A stretch of DNA of 24,478 nucleotides. Origin: Octopus sinensis. Taxonomy: Eukaryota. The notes below the pieces were generated by a model. It saw only the letters and a list, made by a program, of their open reading frames with translations. It had not been told where the DNA came from and made no database searches. How positions within the stretch are numbered: position 1 is the stretch's first letter; the number at the start of each line of letters is the position of its first letter. Of this stretch, positions 1 through 9,243 are shown piece by piece. The stretch spans positions 1 to 24,478 of the forward strand of contig NW_021836286.1 of NCBI RefSeq assembly GCF_006345805.1, given 5' to 3'. The translations under genes were made by a program, and so were the position numbers.

Positions 1-112
1 TCCGGGTTCAGTCCCACTGCATGGCACCTTGGCAAGTGTCTTCTGCTATAGCTTCGGGCCGACCAAAGCCTTGTGAGTGGATTTGATAGACGGAAACTGA
101 AAGAAGCATGTC

Positions 113-143
<31 letters not shown>

Positions 144-164
144 ATATATATATATATAATATAT

Positions 165-195
<31 letters not shown>

Positions 196-405
196 ATATT
201 TTTGGTGTCTGTTTGTCCCCCCAACATCGCTTGACAACCGATGCTGATGTGTTTACGTCCCTGTAACTTAGCGGTTCGGCAAAAGAGACTGATAGAATAA
301 GTACTAGGCTTACAAAGACTAACTCCTGGGGTTGATTTGCTCGACTAAAGGTGGTGCTCCAGCATGGCCGCAGTCAAATGACTGAAACAAGTAAAAGAGT
401 AAAGA
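1..405 (+). mobile_element. tRNA-derived SINE, family A (5' end cut by the window)
   Basis: B-box-like GGTTCAGTCCC, conserved body, internal (TA)n/(TG)n, tail ...GACTGAAACAAGTAAAAGAG. About 12 copies in the window. Confidence 0.85.
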
Positions 406-529
406 GAGAGACACTTTTATGGAAAAAACGGTTCTCCCTTAAGACCCGAGAAATGAGATTTGATGAGGAATGTTAACCAGACACAACATTGGTTCTATGA
501 GAATACATCAATAATAATAATTCTTTTAT

Positions 530-712
530 ACTGGAAGCACAAAGCCTCATATTCTGGGATTAAGTTGATTATGTCGACCCCAGTGTATAACTGGTAGTTA
601 TTTTATCAACACTGGAAGGATAAAAGGCAAAGTTAACCTCAGCAGAATTTCAGCTCAAAACATAGAAACGGGTGAAACGGTGTTAAACATTTTACCTGGC
701 AGCTCATTGCCT
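530..712 (-). mobile_element. Diverged SINE family C fragment
   Basis: Similar to the copies at 1110-1290 and 21722-21958. Confidence 0.6.
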
Positions 713-744
713 AGAACAACAACAACAACAACAACAACAATAGG

Positions 745-937
745 GGTTAGAGAGAGGTAAGACGTGGTATAAGCACAAACCACAGAGAGTGGTGGAGTCG
801 GAGACTAGCAAAATCCTCTGGGATTTCCCAATCCAAACAGACCACTCGCCCTAGGACACTGGGTGTGTCTCAGCAAGTAACAAAGATGCAGATTAAAAGT
901 AAAGCAACAACAACAATAATAATAATAATAATAATAA
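745..937 (+). mobile_element. R4/Dong-like (restriction-like endonuclease) non-LTR retrotransposon remnant
   Basis: 753-845 reads RGKTWYKHKPQRVVESETSKILWDFPIQTDH, the W-x-H-x-P...KILWDF-x-IQTD motif of R4/Dong-type ORFs. Ends in (AAC)n(AAT)n. Confidence 0.7.
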
Positions 938-959
938 TAGCAACTTTTTTTCTACTATA

Positions 960-1290
960 GGCACAAGGCCTGAAATTTGACCCCCAATACATTGACCCCC
1001 AATACTTAACTGGTACTTACTTTATTGACTCCGAAACGATGACTTTAGAGTTATTTGAACTCAAAATGTAAAATTATGACAAGGATAATAATAATAATTG
1101 TGGTTTCAAATTTTGGGGGAAGGGGTCAGTCGATCACATCAAACCCCAGTGTTAACTGGTACTTAATTTATCGACTCCGAAAGGATGAAAGGCAAAGCTG
1201 ACCTCGTCGGAATTTGAACTCAGAAGGTGAAAACAGACGAAATACCACCAAGCGTTTTGCCCAGGGTGGTAACAATTCTGCCAGCTCACC
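960..1290 (-). mobile_element. Two SINE family C copies (partial 960-1075; fuller 1110-1290)
   Basis: Minus strand has A-box-like TGGCAGAATTG and B-box-like GAGTTCAAATTCC, then ...TTCATCCTTTCGGAGTCGATAAATTAAGTACCAG. Confidence 0.75.
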
Positions 1291-1295
1291 ACCTT

Positions 1296-1483
1296 GATGA
1301 TGATGATGATAAGAAGAAGAAGAAGTAGAAGAAGAAGAAGAAGAAGAAGAAGAAAAGAAGAAGAAGAAGAAGAAGAAGAAGAAGAAGAAGAAGAAGAAGA
1401 AGAAGAAGAAGAAGAAGAAGAAGAAGAAGAAGAAAGAAGAAAAAGAAGAAGAACCATAATAATAATAATGATGATGATGATAA
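1296..1483. repeat. Compound microsatellite (GAT)n-(AAG)n-(AAT)n-(GAT)n
   Basis: About 140 bp of AAG at 1311-1453; explains the poly-S/E/R/L/F ORFs. Confidence 0.95.
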
Positions 1484-1651
1484 TCTTTCCTCCCTGCTGT
1501 GTATTGTTGAAAACAAAAAAAAAAAAACCCAAGTTCTTGTTTTGCAGCACCTTCGGCATCATCAGCAACCTAGTTACATCGAATGCGCTCACCCGACTTT
1601 TTCTCTTCACCGCTTCCAGTCATGTATCTATTCTCTCATGGCTGGTGACGG

Positions 1652-1683
1652 CTACAGGCTCGTCCCTCTCACTGTGGCTGTAT
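1652..1683 (-). CDS. Candidate terminal exon: (N)TATVRGTSL-stop if spliced directly to E8
   Basis: Good acceptor tttgttttccttgccag|AT in non-repetitive sequence; TAG at 1654-1652. An alternative frame (YSHSERDEPVAVTSHERIDT, TGA 1622-1620) would need an extra exon I did not find. Confidence 0.45.
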
Positions 1684-1757
1684 CTGGCAAGGAAAACAAA
1701 TTAATAGTGAATAAAACGGAACTGGCAGAGACCCTTAGCAAAAACCCATGAACAGGG

Positions 1758-2095
1758 GCAGGAGTGGCTGTGTGGTAAGTAGCTTGCTTACCAACCACCT
1801 GGTTCTGGGTTCAGTCCCATTGCATGGCACCTTGGGCAAGTGTCTTCTACTATAGCCCTGGGCCAACCAAAGCCTTGTGAGTGGATTTGGTAGACGGAAA
1901 CTGAAAGAAGCCTGTCGTATATATATATATGTAGGCGCAGGAGTGGCTGTGTGGTAAGTAGCTTGTTTACCGACCACATGGTTCAGGGTTCAGTCCCACT
2001 GCTTGGCACCTTGGGCAAGTGTCTTCTACTATAGCCCCGGGCCGACCAATGCCTTGTGAGTGGATTTGGTAGACGGAAACCGAAAGAAGCCTGTC

Positions 2096-2136
<41 letters not shown>

Positions 2137-2348
2137 TGTGTGTGTTTGTGTGTCTGTGTTTGTCCCCCTAGCATTGCTTGACAACCATGCTGGTGTTTTT
2201 TCCCCGTCACTTAGCGGTTCGGCAAAAAGACCGATAGAATAAGTACTGGACTTACAAAGAATAAGTCCCGGGGTCGATTTGCTCGACTAAAAGGCGGTGC
2301 TCCAGCATGGCCACAGCCAAATGACTGAAACAAGTAAAAGAGTAAAGA
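1758..2348 (+). mobile_element. SINE family A: head-only copy (1758-1930) followed by a full copy (1934-2348)
   Basis: GCAGGAGTGGCTGTGTGGTAAG occurs twice, separated by (TA)n. Confidence 0.9.
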
Positions 2349-2384
2349 GAACAATCTACACAGACAACATATATACATCCATCA

Positions 2385-2638
2385 CAGCCTCACTTTGTCG
2401 ACCGTCAGCTGCTCCTCCGGCAGACCACTGGTCACAATGGTCTTGCATCATTCAAATGGTCTTCCCAGCATCACAGAGGCCTTCCAAGTGGCCTTCCCAA
2501 TCTCTCGGGCGCAACATGGCAGCTGGGCTGGTCTTTTCTGTGAGCCTTGCACACAACCGACCCAGGGGAACTTGTACTTTTGCTATTCTGTGTTCACAGC
2601 ATTCACTCGGCTTCTTTCTTGAATTATCTTATTTTGAA
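2385..2638 (-). mobile_element. Degenerate RTE-clade LINE RT C-terminus, distal part
   Basis: Minus strand reads IQNKIIQERSRV...KFPWVG...RPRDW/RPLGRPL*CWED with stops and frameshifts, matching RTE HIRNEVIR...KxRWAGH...KRPxGRPxxRW motifs. Confidence 0.7.
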
Positions 2639-3435
2639 CTAGCAGTATCGCCCGGCGTTGTTCGGGTTTGTAAGGGAAATAACTATATAAGCATTTTTAG
2701 AGAGTTATAGCCAAAAAATAGCAAAAAAATGCATTAAAATGGAAAAAAATTATGGTAATTTTTTTTAAATCGTAGACTCATCATAGACATTTTTAGAGAG
2801 TTACTTCCCTTATAAATAGCGAAAAAAATGCATTAAAATGGAAAAAAATGATCGTAAATTTTTTTTTAAATCATAGACTCATCGTAGACATTTTTAGAGA
2901 GTTACTTCCCTTATATAATAGCGAAAAAATGCATTAAAATGGAAAAAAATTATGGTGAATTTTTTTTAAATCGTTGACTCATCGTAGACATTTTTAGAGA
3001 GTTACTTCCCTTATATAATAGCGAAAAAAATGCATTAAAATGGAAAAAAATTATGGTGAATTTTTTTTAAATCGTTGACTCATCGTAGACATTTTTAGAG
3101 AGTTACTTCCCTTATATAATAGCGAAAAAATGCATTAAAATGGAAAAAAATTATGGTGAATTTTTTTTAAATCGTTGACTCATCGTAGACATTTTTAGAG
3201 AGTTACTTCCCTTATATAATAGCGAAAAAAATGCATTAAAATGGAAAAAAATTATGGTAAATTATTTTTTAAATCGTAGACTCATCGTAGATGTGTGCTA
3301 ATACCCAGAAGGGCTCGATATGAATCACGACTATAAGATACCCGGTTTTGGTTAAACTGCACCGCAAAATGTGGGAGTAGTTAGGAATCTAAATCGTAGG
3401 AGACAAACACACAACTTCAATTTTATATATAAAGA
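2639..3435 (-). mobile_element. Non-autonomous Helitron (797 bp)
   Basis: Minus strand: A|TCTTTATATAT...CCCGAACAACGCCGGGCGATACTGCTAG|T. Shows 5'-TC, 3'-CTAG, a subterminal hairpin (2651-2666) and an A/T insertion site without TSD. Confidence 0.85.
2690..3292. repeat. About 101-bp tandem repeat, about 6 copies, inside the Helitron
   Basis: GACTCATCRTAGA recurs near 2775, 2876, 2976, 3077, 3177 and 3279. Confidence 0.9.
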
Positions 3436-3615
3436 TATGATCTTGTAATGCTTATCCAAGCAAGGATCTTTCCATGGCCCTGTGTCGTAGCCAATCGATG
3501 TTCTATCCTCTTTGTGGTAGCCACATCTCATTTGCATATAAGAGTGCAGGTAGGATGGAGCTGTTGAAGTGTCTGGCACATATGCCATTGTCTAGCTTTG
3601 TGCTACATATATTAT
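3436..3615 (-). mobile_element. Degenerate RTE-clade LINE RT C-terminus, proximal part
   Basis: Minus strand reads ARHFNSSILPALLYANEMW..HRLATTQ/AMERSLLG..DH across frameshifts. Confidence 0.75.
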
Positions 3616-3650
3616 GTTTTCAGATGGTTCATTTCATATATATATATATA

Positions 3651-4204
3651 CAGGAGTGGCTGTGTGGTAAGTAGCTTGCTTACCAACCACATGGTTCTGG
3701 GTTCAGTCCCACTGCGTGGCACCTTGAGCAAGTGTCTTCTACTATAGCCTCGGGCCGACCAAAGACTTGTGAGTGGATTTGGCAGACGGAAACTGAAAGA
3801 AGCCCGTCGTATATAGGCGCAGGAGTGGCTGTGTGGTAAGTAGCTTGCTAACCAACCACATGGTTCTGGGTTTAGTCCCACTGCATGGCACCTTGAGCAA
3901 GTGTCTTCTACTATAGCCTCGGGCCGACCAAAGACTTGTGAGTGGATTTGGTAGACGGAAACTGAAAGAAGCCCGTCATATACATGTATTTATATATGTA
4001 TGTGTGTGTCTGTGTTTGTCCCCCCAACATCGCTTGACAACCGATGCTGGTGTGTTTATGTCCCCGTAACTTAGCAGTTCGGCAAAAGAGACCGATAGAA
4101 TAAGTACTGGGCTTACAAAGAATAAGTCCTGGGGTCGAGTTGCTCGACTAAAAGTCGGAGCTCCAGCATGGCCGCAGTCAAATGACTGAAACAAGTAAAA
4201 GAGT
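3651..4204 (+). mobile_element. SINE family A: head-only copy (3651-3811) plus full copy (3816-4204)
   Basis: Same arrangement as 1758-2348. Confidence 0.9.
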
Positions 4205-4295
4205 ATATATATACATACACAAGTGAGTGGACAAATAAAAGAAGAGCATTTGACCAATTTACTGGGAGTTCCATGGATGAATCAAAACAGTTTGT

Positions 4296-4354
4296 TTCAA
4301 ATTTGTTGGTACTCGTGAGTTTCAAGCATGATGCTAGTCATCAGCTATTTTGAA
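4296..4354 (-). ncRNA. Degenerate minimal type I hammerhead-like motif (solo)
   Basis: Minus: CTGATGA (4344-4338), stem AGCA-tca-TGCT, GAAA (4323-4320), CTCACGAG, TA. Proximal stem I is poorly paired. Confidence 0.45.
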
Positions 4355-4409
4355 TTTATATTGAAATTCAATTCCAGGTTATCTTTTGGTAGGGTCCAAG
4401 GTTAGGGTT

Positions 4410-4742
4410 CATCACAACTCTATATTGTAAATCCGTGCTGTGGGCACATAACAAACACCATCCGATTGTGGCCGTGCCAGCCTCACCTGGCACCTGTGTC
4501 GGTGGCACAAAAAACACCATCTGAGTGTGGCCGTTTGCCAGCCTCGTCTGGCACCGTGTCGGTGGCATATAAAAAGCACCCACTACACTCTCGGAGTGGT
4601 TGGCGTTAGGAAGGGCATCCAGCTGTAGAAACACTGCCAGATCTGACTGGAGCCTGATGCAGCCTTCTGGCTTCCCAGACTCCAGTTGAACCGTCCAACC
4701 CATGCTAGCATGGAAAGCGGATGCTAAATGATGATGATGATG
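4410..4742 (+). mobile_element. RTE-type LINE 3' UTR fragment with (GAT)n tail
   Basis: ...GGCGTTAGGAAGGGCATCCAGC...CCATGCTAGCATGGAAAGCGGA..(ATG)n, same as the tail following the RT C-terminus at 20600-21256. Confidence 0.8.
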
Positions 4743-4945
4743 GCTGGACTCCAAACAAACTGGTTTTTACACAAAGTACTAAGAAACAAGTTAAAAATAA
4801 TGGTCACTACATATTTTCCCTGTAATAAAGCAAATCTGGCTTACAGCCGTTTCCAGTAGTAATTACGGGTACATTACGGATAAGTTTACCCAATTTGTTT
4901 GCTGATGAGTTAAAGCAAGTTGAACGACCTAGGAAAATTATCCTA

Positions 4946-5127
4946 TATTGACTGCGGCCATGCTGGAGCACCACCTTTTAATCGAGCAACTCGACCCCAG
5001 GACTTATTCTTTGTAAGCCCAGTACTTATTCTATCGGTCTCTTTTGCCGAACCGCTAAGTGACGGGGACGTAAACACACCAGCATCGGTTGACAAGCAAT
5101 GCTAGGGGGACAAACACAGACACACAA

Positions 5128-5160
<33 letters not shown>

Positions 5161-5322
5161 CGACAAGCTTCTTTCAGTTTCCGTCTACCAAATCCACTCA
5201 CAAGGCATTGGTCGGCCTGAGGCTATAGCAGAAGACACTTGCCCAAGATGCCACGCAGTGGGACTGAACCCGGAACCATGTGGTTGGTTAGCAAGCTACT
5301 TACCACACAGCCACTCCTGCGC

Positions 5323-5323
<1 letters not shown>
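4946..5323 (-). mobile_element. SINE family A, full copy
   Basis: Reverse complement of the family A consensus. Confidence 0.9.
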
Positions 5324-5347
<24 letters not shown>

Positions 5348-5357
<10 letters not shown>

Positions 5358-5617
5358 CAAAGGACATACTAGGTATGTCTACCTGCTTGAAATAACAGTC
5401 AAAACTCTTATTAAATCACCAAAAAGGACAGAAAGCAAACAAAGGCAAAATCAGCTTAAGAACATCTACTAACATACATTTAAGATGTTCTTAACCTGAT
5501 TTTGCCTTTGTTTGATTTCTATAGTTTTCAGCAGTGTACTTTTTGGCGATTTAATAAGAGTTTTGGCTGTTATTTCCAGCAGATAGACATACCTAGTATG
5601 TCCTTTGATTAATTTTA
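5348..5617. repeat. Imperfect long inverted repeat (arms 5348-5467 and 5483-5617, 15-nt loop)
   Basis: Arms are reverse complements apart from a few substitutions and one about 15-nt indel. Confidence 0.9.
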
Positions 5618-5752
5618 ATCCCTCGGCTAATAAATGCTTTTTTTGGGGCCTGCTATCACCTGTCCCCTTGATTCTGTTATTATCATTTTTAAAATAGTTA
5701 TATTGGATAATAATAGAATTAATGACACCTTCGCAAATTAATTTTTGGTGTG

Positions 5753-5815
<63 letters not shown>

Positions 5816-5820
5816 TACAT

Positions 5821-6030
5821 AGGTGCTGGAGTAGCCGTGTGGTGAGTATCTTGCTTACCAACCACATGGTTCTGGGTTCAGTCCCACTATGTGGCACCTC
5901 GGGCAAATGTCATTTGTACTATAGCCTTAGGCTGACCAAAGCCTTGTGAGTGAATTTGGTAGATGGAAACTGAAAGAAGCCCATCGTGTGTGTGTGTATG
6001 TGTACATGTTTGTGTCTTTGTGTTTGTCAT
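5821..6030 (+). mobile_element. Diverged partial SINE family A
   Basis: Head and mid-body recognisable; no tail. Confidence 0.75.
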
Positions 6031-6130
6031 GTGTATATACTCTCTCTCTCTCTCTCTCTCACACATACATACATAAACATATATATCTATGCATATATTC
6101 AAATATATATACATATACAAACACACTTAC

Positions 6131-6244
6131 TGAGACATTCGACTCTTGGGAAATGTGCAAAGAGTTGCTTTCTCCTGGCATAGCGGATGCTCAATCCAAC
6201 CGTGACAAACACCAGGCAGCCAACTGTTATTCCAACTATAGCAC
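6131..6244 (-). CDS. Exon E8 (phase 1/1), transmembrane segment and basic stop-transfer: GAIVGITVGCLVFVTVGLSI-RYARRKQLFAHFPRVECL
   Basis: Acceptor tttttcttttgtag|GT, donor A|gtaagt, 114 nt. About 19 hydrophobic residues followed by RYARRK, the type I membrane protein pattern. Confidence 0.85.
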
Positions 6245-6611
6245 CTACAAAAGAAAAACAGCATATTAAATTATCCATGCAATTAGGAGACAGAATTTCC
6301 CTATCTGAGGTGTGAGTTAAAAATCTAAAAATTCAGAAAGGAGATAACTGCAGTAATATGGTCTTGTCTGTCTAATACAATAATCTGTAAAATATTATCT
6401 TTGCAATTAGAAGTCAGACACTCCCCCTCTTACACACACACCACCTGAGCTTTAAACCTAAAAACAACAAAGAGAGAAATAAATCTAATGGTATCAGCTG
6501 AAAGCTAAGGCAATAGAGACGGCAGTGGATGTGGATTTGATGAATGTAGCCAACATGTTTCTACCTTATTAAACCTTCTCAGTTGAGGGGTCAATACATA
6601 CACACACCTAA

Positions 6612-6883
6612 AAAGGAACCCCTTTGGTCATGAATGATCATGGGATTGCACCTAGAAAGTTCTCTCCACACCATCAATGTTGCCAAAGGGAAAGGGAAAG
6701 GCAAAGGGGCCGATACAGCTTGGCACCAATGACATCGCATCTCTTTTTCACAGCTGAGTGAACTGGAGCAACGTGAAATAAAGTGTCTTGCTCAAGAACA
6801 CAACACGTAGCCTGGTCTGGGAATCGAACTCACAACCTCATGATTATGAGCTTGATGCTCTAACCACTGAGTCATGCACCTTC
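6612..6883 (-). mobile_element. tRNA-derived SINE family B
   Basis: Minus: A box TGACTCAGTGG, B box GAGTTCGATTCC, then TGTTGTGTTCTTGAGCAAGACACTT...CCAGTTCACTCAGCTGT, a conserved-core-like domain of metazoan SINEs. Confidence 0.75.
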
Positions 6884-6904
6884 ACACACACATTTTATGT
6901 TTTA

Positions 6905-7105
6905 AATTTTACTTGTTTCAGTCAATGAACTGTGGCCATGCTGGGGCACCACCTTGAAGGCATTAGTCAAACAAATCAACCTCAGTACTTATCTTTTAAA
7001 TACACACATGGATATATACAACAGGCTTCTTTCAGTTTCCATCTACCAAATCCATTTACAAGGCTTTGGTCAGACTGAGGTTATTGTGGGAGACACTTGC
7101 TCAAA
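6905..7105 (-). mobile_element. Degraded SINE family A pieces
   Basis: Tail (6905-6990) and mid-body (7020-7105) are recognisable. Confidence 0.65.
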
Positions 7106-7723
7106 GCCTGAAGAGCAGTGTAACAGCAGGCCACTGCGTCCACCATTTCTTGGTGATTTTCTATTATTAGTGCTGGCAGGTGAACAATCTTCCGGCCGAT
7201 GGGTTTGTTTGGATTGTCTTTTTGCTGTGAGGGCCTCGTGAGGTTGCAGAGCAAATCCTACCAGAACCTCTTTTAAGCATCTCATAAGACATCCCAGGCA
7301 GAAGAAACGTTGCCATGCCGGACACTACAGGCCACTCGGTCTAGGAACTGAATCTGTGATTTGGTGGTCATGATGCCTTTGCACTACTTAGAGGCAACAA
7401 CTCTCCAGCCCATGGGTCTGTTTCCTGGGCAGACGTTGCTTGTGAGGGTTTCATGAAGTTGGAGGGAAAATCTTACTTCTACATCTTTTAGTCCCCTTTT
7501 TTTTACAACACAGAGGAAGTGTTGGGGTTATTCTTTGACGCGTCAGTTCCCACCCCCAAAACACACACACAGCATAGAGCAACATGAAAAGAAGGGTCTG
7601 CCCAAGAACACAAGATTCCACTCAGTCTAGGAATTGAACCCATGATCAGATGATTGAGGAGGCACCAGGTAATGTGCCTCCACAGGTGTGGTGCGAAACT
7701 GTACAATCAGTGGATTGTCTTAC

Positions 7724-7863
7724 CTGTGTTGTAATTATTGCATTTGACTAATGTCCTGTAAGGGTTTATTGTTCGACCAACAAGCTCAACAAGGAACTCT
7801 TTGGCCTGGTTACCACAGATGTGTGCAATGTGGTTGCCGTAGTAGGTCATGTCGTTGTTGTAC
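7724..7863 (-). CDS. Internal exon E7 (phase 2/1): YNNDMTYYGNHIAHICGNQAKEFLVELVGRTINPYRTLVKCNNYNT
   Basis: Acceptor tgtttccattccag|G, donor G|gtaaga, 140 nt. Homologous to E3. Confidence 0.9.
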
Positions 7864-8187
7864 CTGGAATGGAAACAGAAAAAGGGAGAATTAGACAAGA
7901 AAGATGCGATATATATATATATTTGAATATATGCATAGATATATATGTTTATGTACGTATGTGAAAGAGAGAGAGATAGAGAGAGTATATACACATGACA
8001 AACACAAACACACAAACATGTAGGAATGGCTGTGTGGTAAGTTGCTTGCTTACCAACCACATGGTTCCGGGTTCAGTCCCACTGCGTGGCATCTTGGCCA
8101 AGTGTCTTCTGCTATAGCCCCGGGCCGACCAATGCCTTGTGAGTGGATTTGGTAGACAGAAACTGAAAGAAGCCGTCGTATATATAT

Positions 8188-8229
<42 letters not shown>

Positions 8230-8344
8230 TATATATATATACCGGAGTAAACACATAAATGTGAAACAAGGTGGAAAAAAGAGTACTCAATACCAGAGGT
8301 AGAGTAATATGCTTTATTTAAAGCAGCAGAAAATTCAACAAAAC

Positions 8345-8382
8345 CTGTTACTCTGAGTTTCTCGTTGCCGTTCATCGGACAG
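8345..8382 (-). ncRNA. Mirror hammerhead motif with core variant CCGAUGA
   Basis: Minus: CTGT-CCGATGA-ACGGCAACGA-GAAA-CTCAGAG-TA-ACAG. Confidence 0.5.
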
Positions 8383-8397
8383 TTTTTGCTAGAAAAA

Positions 8398-8435
8398 CTG
8401 TCTGATGAACGGCAACGAGAAACTCAGAGTAACAG
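8398..8435 (+). ncRNA. Minimal type I hammerhead ribozyme motif
   Basis: CTGT (stem I) CTGATGA (8402-8408) aCG-GCAA-CGa (stem II, GNRA loop) GAA-A CTCAGAG T-A (GUA triplet, cut 8431/8432) ACAG (stem I). Confidence 0.65.
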
Positions 8436-8466
8436 ATTTGTTGAATTTTCTGCTGCTTTAAATAAA

Positions 8467-8530
<64 letters not shown>

Positions 8531-8938
8531 TTGTATGTCTGTGTTTGTCCCCCTGTCATTGCTTGACAACCGATGCTGGTGTGTTTACATCCCCGTCACT
8601 TAGCGGTTCAGCAAAAGAGACCGATAGAATAAGTACTGGGCTTACAAAAGAATAAGTCCCCGGGGTCGATTTGCTTGACTAAAGGCGGTGCTCCAGCATG
8701 GCCGCAGTCAAATGACTGAAACAAGTAAAAGAGTAAAGAGAGTATATATATATAATGGGCTTCTTTCAGTTTCCATATCTGGTCCCACATATTAAAAAGA
8801 TTGCAGCCCTGTGGTCTTGACCCAGACGTGGTATTCAAACACAATCCTCTTCTCTCTCCCCTTCATCTCCTCGCTGCAAAACCCAGGCAGCAACGGCCCC
8901 TTAATCTGGAGCCCTGTCTCCCTGCTGTCAGTACTCAC

Positions 8939-9077
8939 TTGCATATCTTCTCTTCGTTGTATTCTCCTCCAAAGTAGAACTCTTTTGTGTTGACGCTGGA
9001 GGCGTGTCTGATGCAATGCTGGATGATGGAGCGAGTGGAGTCGTCTGTCTGGAGGCAGGTGAACACTCGGAGGTAGA
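8939..9077 (-). CDS. Internal exon E6 (phase 1/2): YLRVFTCLQTDDSTRSIIQHCIRHASSVNTKEFYFGGEYNEEKIC
   Basis: Acceptor ctctctccttccag|TC, donor AA|gtgagt, 139 nt, open and in frame on both sides. Confidence 0.9.
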
Positions 9078-9243
9078 CTGGAAGGAGAGAGAGAGAGAGA
9101 GAGAGAAAGAGTGAGAGTCAGTGGGAAAGAGGGGGGGAAGGTGAGAATGGAGCAGGAATTAATCACACACACACACACACATACTTATACACAAATGCAC
9201 AAACATACACACACACACACATATACAAAATACACAGACAAGT

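Larger units (their letters stand above)
8243..8467. mobile_element. Penelope-like pseudo-LTR remnant forming a 156-bp palindrome (8312-8467)
   Basis: About 75-nt arms around GCTAG with 2 substitutions and 1 indel. Each arm carries a hammerhead motif followed by AATAAA. The Penelope assignment is inferred from this architecture. Confidence 0.65.
8021..8740 (+). mobile_element. SINE family A split by an insertion in its (TA)n spacer (head 8021-8180, tail 8525-8740)
   Basis: Head and tail are collinear with the consensus; 8243-8467 is foreign. Confidence 0.8.

Noticed and set aside
1758-1830. tRNA genes at SINE heads
   Set aside because: A and B boxes are present, but no full cloverleaf forms and each continues into a SINE body.
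4845-4928. Possible extra cytoplasmic exon (acceptor ttttcctag| at 4929/4928)
   Set aside because: The frame is open, but there are several competing weak donors, none gives phase 2, and there is no homology support.
4903-4935. CTGATGA at about 4902 as a hammerhead core
   Set aside because: No GAAA follows the possible stem, and there is no stem I or III.
7109-7145. CTGAAGA followed by a GCAGTG/CACTGC stem
   Set aside because: The stem is followed by GTCC rather than GAAA, and no cleavage triplet or stem I is present.
7110-7500. GC-richer unique-looking segment as an exon or LINE piece
   Set aside because: No convincing splice-site pair in a compatible phase and no motif I can recognise; left unassigned.
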